This document shows, piece after piece, positions 55,846-64,000 of a DNA stretch of 64,000 nucleotides. A program made the position numbers and the translations under genes. Every line of letters starts with the position of its first letter. Position 1 is the first letter of the stretch. The notes under the pieces were generated by a model, which was given only the letters and a program-made list of their open reading frames with translations, ran no database searches and was not told the DNA's origin. Source of the stretch: Eledone cirrhosa (Eukaryota); NCBI GenBank assembly GCA_964016885.1, contig OZ024742.1:124248001-124312000 (forward strand). Direction: 5' to 3'.

Positions 55846-56517
55846 ACTAGCACTGGTACCCGGTGTTGCACGGGATAAAGTATTTTGGAACGCGGGCCGC
55901 CAACAGAACTAATCGTGGGAAAACTGCATGCCTGGAGAATATGTAAAGAAAATAAACCGAATACTCTGATGGCTGGATAATCTTTGAGATTTTCTTCGGT
56001 GAAGCAAGAAAAATGCTGTTTTCACCTAATGCGGGCCCTATGGGATCAAAAAAATGAATTTTTTTTTATGTGCATAATATGCCTTGAAATTTCGGGAAAA
56101 TCGGCTAGACGTAACGCCTCAAAAAAGCCCCAAAAAGCTGAACAAATGACGTTTTTCACCAAAGGCCATAAAAAAGTTGGATTGTCTTTGCTCACGGTAT
56201 GAACAAGAGACTGACTAATGCATAGTTACAATTTCCAGGAAATCGGTCTGACGTAACGCCTCAAAAAAAAACCTAAAAAGCTGAAAAAACGCAGTTTTTC
56301 ACCTAATGCCGGCCCTAGGGGATGAACTATTTGAATTGTTTATGTGCATAACATTCCGTGAAACATAAGTAATAAACAAGTAAAGTTTGACAAAAATCGG
56401 GAGGGTACTTCTCGAGTTTTATGGATTCAAACTCACAGACACACACACACACACACACGCATCTATACACACACACACACTCATAGACAGCCATCCTCGG
56501 TTTTATAAATATAGATA
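55846..56517. mobile_element. Helentron-type non-autonomous element (HINE/DINE-like)
   Basis: ACTAG terminus with subterminal hairpin cccggtgttgcacggg; internal duplicated blocks; (CA)n near the other end; ends ttttataaatatagat. Confidence 0.7.
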
Positions 56518-56534
56518 ATGTATTATTTCAAAAT

Positions 56535-56588
<54 letters not shown>

Positions 56589-56592
56589 TCTC

Positions 56593-56623
<31 letters not shown>

Positions 56624-56834
56624 CTAAATCTCTCTCTCTCTTTCACTCTCTCGCCGAAATCTCCATTTCCCGAAGGATGACTTACATCAGATGCCCCCGG
56701 ATTCTCCTTTATTTCCTCCTAAGCGTGATACTTATAAGACTAATTTTTCATCGCTACTTACGCGTTCTCATTTCTTCAATTATGCATATATATATATTTA
56801 TTTATAAGTGAGTGTGTGCATGTGTGTTTATATG

Positions 56835-56872
<38 letters not shown>

Positions 56873-56875
<3 letters not shown>

Positions 56876-57306
56876 CAAAAGTTTTATTTAAAATTATTGG
56901 GTTACAACAAGTAAATACTTTATAACTGATATAAAGCACTCGACAAGTTTTTGGAGTAGATATACGATATTAAACAAATGGAAACTATATTTATAAAACC
57001 ATATTTATTTCATTAGACATATTTCAGGGATACCATATCTCTATGTTTTTCTTTACCTCCGTTTCTTCTTTTTCTCCGTCTTTTTTATAACTGTGCTTAA
57101 CACTATAACTAAATAATTATAAACACTTCACTACCAAGGCAGCCTCCTAATTTAATGGTCGCTTATATTATGTTACCTCAAAATTATTTATAAAACTGTT
57201 TATATATTGTATTTTATCTGACGAAGGCATGCCATATTTTTAATATGGTATCCCTGAAATATGTATAATGAAATAAATATGGTTTTATAAATATAGTTTC
57301 CATTTG

Positions 57307-57315
<9 letters not shown>
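56873..57315. mobile_element. Family B pLTR element with partial inverted arm
   Basis: 56873-57039 is homologous to 21531-21695; inverted against 57243-57315; in (TA)n. Confidence 0.8.
57204..57280 (+). ncRNA. Type I hammerhead, family B
   Basis: CUGACGA 57218-57224; stem II AGG.AUGCCAUAUU/AAUAUGGUAU.CCU; GAAA 57256-57259; AUA site; stem I UAUUUUAU/AUGAAAUA. Confidence 0.8.
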
Positions 57316-57374
<59 letters not shown>

Positions 57375-57666
57375 AAGGCATGTATTGAGTTAGAAACTCA
57401 AAATAGTCTCTTACAATAAAATTAGCTCTAGTAAAGATGTTTTTCTGAACCCATTGTCTATAGTTAGTATTTTTTCACCTTAGCTAATCTGGTCCCTTAC
57501 GATTTAAACACGTATATGTATATGCCTATGTTCGTTTTTCTTTTTTTCTTTTTTTTCTTCAGTTATATTATATATACATATTTATTTAGTTTTGTTAGTT
57601 CACCACTGGTTAGAACTGGTCATTCCGTATGGTCAACCTCTCTGTAATATTATGGAGAGCACTTTA

Positions 57667-57705
<39 letters not shown>

Positions 57706-57893
57706 ATACTTGGGGAGGGTCATATTTGTGTAATAATATTGCCAGAATTAATAACAGAACGCACTCACTGTTTGGTTGGTTTTCGCTTCTGTGTCTTTTA
57801 TATCGGTTAATTTAATTTATTCTGTCCTGAATGTTACCATTGACTGACCAACGGTCAAAAATACAGATACAATATAGACACAAACACATATGT

Positions 57894-57947
57894 ATAGTCT
57901 ACCAAAGTTCTTTCGTTGCACATCTGCAACATCGTCAGTGGTGCTAT
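57894..57947 (-). ncRNA. Minimal type I hammerhead, best family A copy
   Basis: AUAGC-ACCA-CUGACGA-U-GUUGCA[GAUG]UGCAAC-GAAA-G[AA]C-U-U^UGGU-AGA-CUAU. Confidence 0.7.
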
Positions 57948-58464
57948 TATGTTTCCTTCCATTGTATTGTATGACTACGCCATCTTTATTTCGTCTGTTT
58001 ATTTATTTATTCATTTATTTATTTTGTGTCTTCTTTGCGTATGCGTTTGCGTGTGTGTATAGTGTTTTGTTTGATGTGTGTTCGTGTTTGGGTGACTGTG
58101 TATTGGTTATTGTATTCTATTTTAGATTACTAGTGTGTGTTTATATGTGGTTGTTGTTATTGTGCTTGTGTATTTATTTATTTATTTATTAATTTATACT
58201 TCTCTTAGGTCAGTGTTGTTTGTTTGGGTGTTGTTGTTATTCCATTCATATTTTATGTTTAGCCTTGGCCTTCTAAGAGACAGAATCAGACAACCAAAGA
58301 GACAGAATCAGAGTATACGAAGGAGCCACGGAGAAGTATAAGACCCTCATAGAACTGGAATTTGCCCATTATACGGGAGCAAATCATGGAACAGCTTAGA
58401 TAGGACTAAACATAAGATAAGGAAAGCCACCTCATGGTACGACAACCAGGGATACCAGAGTGTT

Positions 58465-58965
58465 ATGTTTGTGGACGCTACCCCTGGAGGGAAATTAGCT
58501 AACCAGTGTAGAAAGGCCGTGAGAAAGACCAACTTAAATATTAAGGTGGTAGAAAAGCCAGGAACCACCATTAAATCCCTGATCAGCAAAACCTACCCTT
58601 TTAAGAAAACCCACTGTACTAATAGGAAATGTATTATATGTAAAGTTAACCCCCGGATAAACTGTAAAACTAGAAATGTAGTCTATAGCATAAGATGTAC
58701 AGAGGGTACTTGCAGAAACATGACAACAACATACATAGGCGAGACAGCTCGTAACATAGGTGAAAGGATAGACCAACACTGGGGGGAAATAAAAGGACGA
58801 AAAAACGGTTCAGTACTATACGATCATGCCTGACAACACGACGGTAACATAGACAACATAGAAATTAAAATAATGTCTAAACATAGAAATGACCCAGCAT
58901 ATAGGCAAATCAGAGAGGCCAGCGAAATAGAACTTAGAAGGCCAAGGCTAAACAGAAAAAAATGA
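58465..58965 (+). pseudogene. PLE linker and GIY-YIG endonuclease
   Basis: MFVDATPGGKLA..VVEKPG..C..C..C..NCKTRNVVYSIRC..C..YIGETARN..ER..H; after a TGA it continues with RQIREA. Confidence 0.85.
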
Positions 58966-59248
58966 ATGGAATAACAACAACACCCAAACAAACAAGACTG
59001 ACCTAAGAGAAGTATACATAAATAAATAAATACATACACAAGCACAATAACAACAAACACATATAAACACACACTAGTAAACTAAGATAGAACACAATAA
59101 CCAATACACAGTCACCGAAACACGAACAGACATCAAACAAAACACTATACACACACGCGAACGCATGCGCAGAGAAGACAAAAAAAAAAGTAAATAAACA
59201 CACTACATAAATATGGCATAGGCATACAATTCAACGGGAGGAAACATA

Positions 59249-59301
59249 ATAGCACCCCTGACGATGTTGCAGATGTGCAACGAAAAACTTTGTTAGACTA
59301 T
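59249..59301 (+). ncRNA. Degenerate family A hammerhead
   Basis: CUGACGA 59258-59264, intact stem II, GAAA; stems I and III mutated. Confidence 0.6.
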
Positions 59302-59546
59302 ATATATGTGTTTGTGTCTATATTGTATCTGTATTTTTGACCGTTGGTCAGTCAATGGTAACATTGAGGGCCGAATATATTACATTAACCGATATAAAAG
59401 ACACAGAAGCGAAAACCAACCCAACAGTCTGTTATTAATTCAGGTAATATTATTACACAAATATAACCCTCCCCAAGTATAACAATATTTGTTTCGACAC
59501 ACGATTTCATATAAAAAACCTCGCAAATCTATATATATATATATAC

Positions 59547-59775
59547 ACTAGGAGATTGGCCCGGCGTTGTCCGGGATTTGCTCTAGGGTTCTTATATATT
59601 AGATATATATTTATAATTTCTTTAATCTTTTAACAAAATTCAGTAAACAAACATACCCTCACTTTTTACTTGGAAAAAGTTACATCTATGGTAGAAATTT
59701 GATGACGCTTGCTCCAGCCGCTTGGCGAAAGTTTGTTACTTACATACGGCCGTCAGCTTTATAGTTCTTGATATA
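59547..59775. mobile_element. Short Helentron-type non-autonomous element
   Basis: ACTAG...cccggcgttgtccggg hairpin terminus like that at 55846; ends gctttatagttcttgat. Confidence 0.5.
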
Positions 59776-60299
59776 CAAATACATATGTTGATTTCTATAA
59801 TTTTATTTATTTTATTTCATACTGGGTTGTTATTTCAATTACATATTGAATCAGCTGAGGTGTATTCTATTCATACACAAAGAGTACAGGATTTAATCGA
59901 AAGTACTCCGCCACACATACATACACGCGCGCGCGCACACATACATACACCCCCACACCCTTATATATACATATATATATATATGTGTGTGTGTGTGTGT
60001 CTGTGTGTGTGTGTGTGTGTGTTTGTTATTTACTCTTCCTCATACACGGTACACAAGAACTATCTAAGGATTCAAGGCACAATTCTGTCCATTTTGCCAG
60101 ATTGCAAGAAATTTCAAATGTGTGCCTTTCAGGCGCTTCGACGATCTTGAAGATTAACTTAACAATCATTTTTTTTTTGTTTTTGTTAGTATATTCATCA
60201 ATTCACTCATTAATTTGCTAACATTCTACCTTCTTGTGTGCCCACCTCCAGCATCCCCTTCTTTTCTCTCTTGTCTTCTGACGCCTATATATCTGATGT

Positions 60300-63200
60300 A
60301 GGTGAGCTATGAAGCCCTCTTACCCGCACTTTCCCTTTCACCCACGCACGCCAGCCACTCACCCATGATGTCACTCGGTGCCCCAGTCCCCGGCCCAATG
60401 TCCCATCCCCCATCCCCACAAGCCGACACCTGCAGCACATGCAGCACCACTAACAGATGGAAGAGGGGCCGGAACTGTTCGGGGTGAAGCTGCTTCCACC
60501 ACCTCACCTGTGTTGGCTTGACACGTCGAGCTTCCATGCCCTCGTAGCGTAGAGATGCAGGAACTGCCTCTCCCCCTCGTCTACCCAGCCACAGCCGTCT
60601 GGCACACCGCCATATGACACAGCGAGCTTGCCTGACGCCCATGCTTCGCTGGTATACATCGCTTGGCTCAGGCGGCTCCGGAAGATCTCACTCAGGACCC
60701 CGAGAGCAGCACGAGTGCCGGTAGCCGATGCCCTCGCTTCCTCGATTGAGAGCGCCCTGGTCTCCAATCGAGCCAGCGACTGGGAGCGAATCTTTTATTT
60801 CGCCCCACTCGCCCTCGGCCTCCCCAGCTCTGGCGCTGACCGGGGCGGCCGGTCGGCAGAAGCATTCGTGAAGCCCAATGTTTCGTCCTTTGGGAAAGCG
60901 CCCATTCCATGCGTACCTACGGACGCCGCACATCCCACCTTCGGGTACCCCCAATCCTCCACCCCTGAGGCTAGCGCCAACCGTTTGCGTGACCGCGTAA
61001 ATGCCAAACTAATCATGGGTGATGTCTGGGCCGCTGTAAGTATGGTTGCCTCAGTGGACACTGTCCTCTAACCCACCGAAGAAGTCCTGGCTTCTCTGCG
61101 ACTCAAGCACACTAAGCCACACGCTGATTTCAAACCCATACCCCCACCCAATCCCAACTTTCTTGTTGTGGCTTCCGACGAAGAAATCATGTCTGCCATC
61201 AAGTCCTTCCAGCTAGCAGCAACGGAGGTGCTCTGGTCTCCGACCAGGCCACCTCAAGGAGTTGCTATCCCCCTCTCTGCTGAGACCGGGTGTCGCCTTC
61301 TGAGTGTAATTTTGGGGCTCACCAATAGGCTCATCCATGGCACTCTGGACCCTCTCGCCCTAGGCCTCGTATTTTTCGGCTAGCCTCACCCCTCTCAGGA
61401 AGAAAGAGGGTGGCATACGCCCCATCGCTGTGGGCAATGTCTTCCGGAGGCAGGCTGCCAAGTTGGTCTGCAGGTCCATAACACCGAACTGCGTGAGGAG
61501 TTCAGTCCGGTGCAACTGGGTGTCGTCGTGGCTGGTGACTGTGAGTGGGCCGCACATGCAACCAGGTACTTCTTCAACCGCTGTCCAGCGCAACCAGCAT
61601 GCAGGGACTCCAGGCACCTCATTGTCAAGCTTGACATGAGGAATGCCTTCAACTGGTTACGCCGAGACTATCTGCTCGATGCCTGCCTCAGCCGAGCCTC
61701 CTCTACTTACCCGCTGGCCTACCTGTCGTATGGAGCCCCGAGTATGTTCCTTGCTGCTGATACGGTCATACTTTCGGCTACTGTAAACCCTTTGGGACGC
61801 CTCCTGTTTTGCCTTGGTATAGACCACATCGCCCGGAGTATCGCGGCTCCTCTAAACGTTTGGTATCTGGATGATGCTACGTTGGGCGGGCCAGTATAGA
61901 CTGTCTGCCATGACCTACAATTGGTGGTTCCTGCCCTGGCGGGAATCGACGTCCAGGTCAACTCGGCCAAGTCGGAGGTTGTGAATTTCAGCCACGATAC
62001 TGAGAGCTTTGCAGCCCCCGTCTTGGACGTGTGGTCTACCCGCTGGCCATCTGCTCCACCATCAGGTCCAGGTTTCAACAACTTCAGACGCTCACGAGCT
62101 ATCTGGGCTTCATCGACGGCCACACAGCTCTCTTTCTGTTGAGGAACTGCTTCGCCATGCCGAAACTCCTCTATACACTTCGCATCGACCCGTGCTAGAC
62201 CCACACATCTCTCCTCGCTGACTTCGATACTTGTATCTTAGCAGCAGCCGAAGAAACATGCAACGTCAAGTTTGACGACACTGGATGGCAACAAGCCACT
62301 TTACCTGTCAGGTATGGCGGCCTTGGCCTCCGGTCGCCGTCTCGCTTGCTTTGCCGGCGTATCTTTCGTCGATAACCTCGTGCCGCGTCCTCGTCATCAG
62401 GGTTCTTCAAAACACAATAGAACCCTCTGTGTGGCAGAGAATGTGAGGACGCCTGTGAGACGTGGGACCGGCTGGGACTTAGCCCAGTAGAAGTCTCTCC
62501 TCCTTCTCCCCCTGTTAACGTCAAGTCCCCCAAAGCACTTGGGACGCCATTCAGTGCAGCCTGGCGTCAGACAGGCTCACGCGCCAGCTCGATCAGCACC
62601 GCCTTGCCTGCTTTCGTGCGGCCTCGAAACCCCACAGTGGTGCCTGGCTCCATGCCCTGCCCTCATTTTCCACAGGCATGCAGCTAGACAATAATAGCCT
62701 GCGCATTGGTGTTTCCTTGAGACTCGGCCTCCGGATCTGCGAGCCACACCAATGTCGCTGCTGATCCACTGTGGACTATTTCGCCCTGCACCCGCTTACC
62801 TGTCGCCACAGGGCCGCCGCATTCCACGCCATGCTGCCTTCAACGAGGTCATAAAGCATGGCTTGGACGCTGTAGGCTTCCCTTCCCAGCTCGAGCTGGT
62901 GGGGCTTGACGGAGAGGACGGCAAAAGGCCAGTTGGCATGACCATCTTTCTGTTCCGCGGTGGCAAACCCCTTGTCTGGTATGCTACTTGCACCGACACT
63001 TTCTGCAGCCGCAACCTGGGTGCAGTCTGCGACTAACCCAGGTTCTGCTGCAAGTCCAGCTGAGGATGCCAAACTCCTCAAATACCGGTCGCTCTCCGAC
63101 AGGTTTGCGGTTGTACCCCTGGCAGTGGAGACTTCTGGTGACCTCGGCCCTAGGGCTACCTCCCCACTCACCACCATAGGCGCTGAGCTGGCCAGCCGCA

Positions 63201-63335
63201 GGTGTGAACCCCGCGAGCTGGAGTGGCTTTTCCAGCGCGTCTCCCTTGTCTCCCTCCGGGGGAACGCCTTCTCCATACTGTCCGCCCGGGCTGTGAGGGG
63301 GCCCCATCTCGTAACATTCCATATTTAAGTATGTA
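60300..63335 (+). mobile_element. Decayed CRE-clade non-LTR retrotransposon (RT plus restriction-like endonuclease)
   Basis: GIRPIAVGNVFRR, QLGV, KLDMRNAFN, WYLDD; RH..N..I, DGKRP.G.T, LVW..TC.DT, KYRSL..P.AVETSG.LG, WLFQRVSL...RGNA; several stops and frameshifts. Confidence 0.85.
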
Positions 63336-64000
63336 CAATACAACCATCATTCTGAATTTGCTTTTATTCAATGTATTTGTTAGTTATGGCGGCGAATTCA
63401 CATTTCACACACACACACCTATATATATATCTATATACATATAATATATGTATATATGCCTAATTGACTCTCTTTCTGTCTGTAAATGTAATAATTAAAT
63501 GGGTGGTTCAAACATATTTGGCGCCACGAATTCAAATCTTCCAATGTGTTCCAAAGTACAGAAATATAGAGCTATGATCAAACCAAATACTTTTAAAACC
63601 TCTTACAAGGGCGATATTTATTTCAGAAAATAATTTCAGATTTTCTATTAAAAGATACAAAGATATTGGGTGTGCAAACTGGTTGTGATATTAAATTCCA
63701 TAAACGTGCATTCATTTAATAAAAATGCAGAAGTGAGCTGGAAACGAAAATAATTCTATATTTTGTATAGTCTATCTTGTCTGCAAAGTGTATTATATTG
63801 CTCAAACCACTAACTATTTATCTGAACGAATCAGAATACCCAAACAAGAGATATGAAACCCAGAACTAATGAACATCCCACTTTACGAACGGTTGGAAAA
63901 TTGCGTGAATTGTAAATTCAAAATATTCCCTTTTAATTCAAAATACCAAATAGAAATAGCGAACTATTATATAAATAAATTCACTACGTAAGTTCATCAT

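Larger units (their letters stand above)
57699..59531 (+). mobile_element. Truncated PLE, family A, with ~570-bp inverted arm
   Basis: 57699-58266 is inverted relative to about 58940-59488; GIY-YIG ORF 58465-58833; (TA)n flanks. Confidence 0.88.

Overview
AT-rich, repeat-dense eukaryotic DNA, most consistent with an octopod cephalopod (inferred from the SINE family and the very long (TA)n tracts). There is a 200-N gap at 25915-26114 and no confidently identifiable host gene; most ORFs in the supplied track are (TA)n/(CA)n artefacts. Mobile content: a near-intact RTE LINE (17551-20850, one in-frame TGA), decayed RTE, Tx1/L1-like and CRE-clade LINEs, two hAT elements stacked in one 8-bp target, Helentron-type non-autonomous elements, many tRNA/Meta-domain SINEs including tandem arrays, and a 56-bp minisatellite. 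The dominant hidden pattern is a set of Penelope-like element (PLE) families, mostly sitting in (TA)n tracts. They leave inverted (fold-back) pLTRs that carry hammerhead ribozyme (HHR) motifs. Three kinds were folded by eye: canonical type I HHRs; an HHR with a compensatory U3:A8 core (UUGAUAA); and a rearranged, pseudoknotted HHR-like RNA (NUH site and GAAA precede CUGAUGA, no stem II hairpin). The rearranged RNA occurs in two otherwise unrelated elements with identical spacing and covarying helices (23906-23970; 39260-39324 and 39725-39788). All structures are manual predictions; none has been tested for cleavage.
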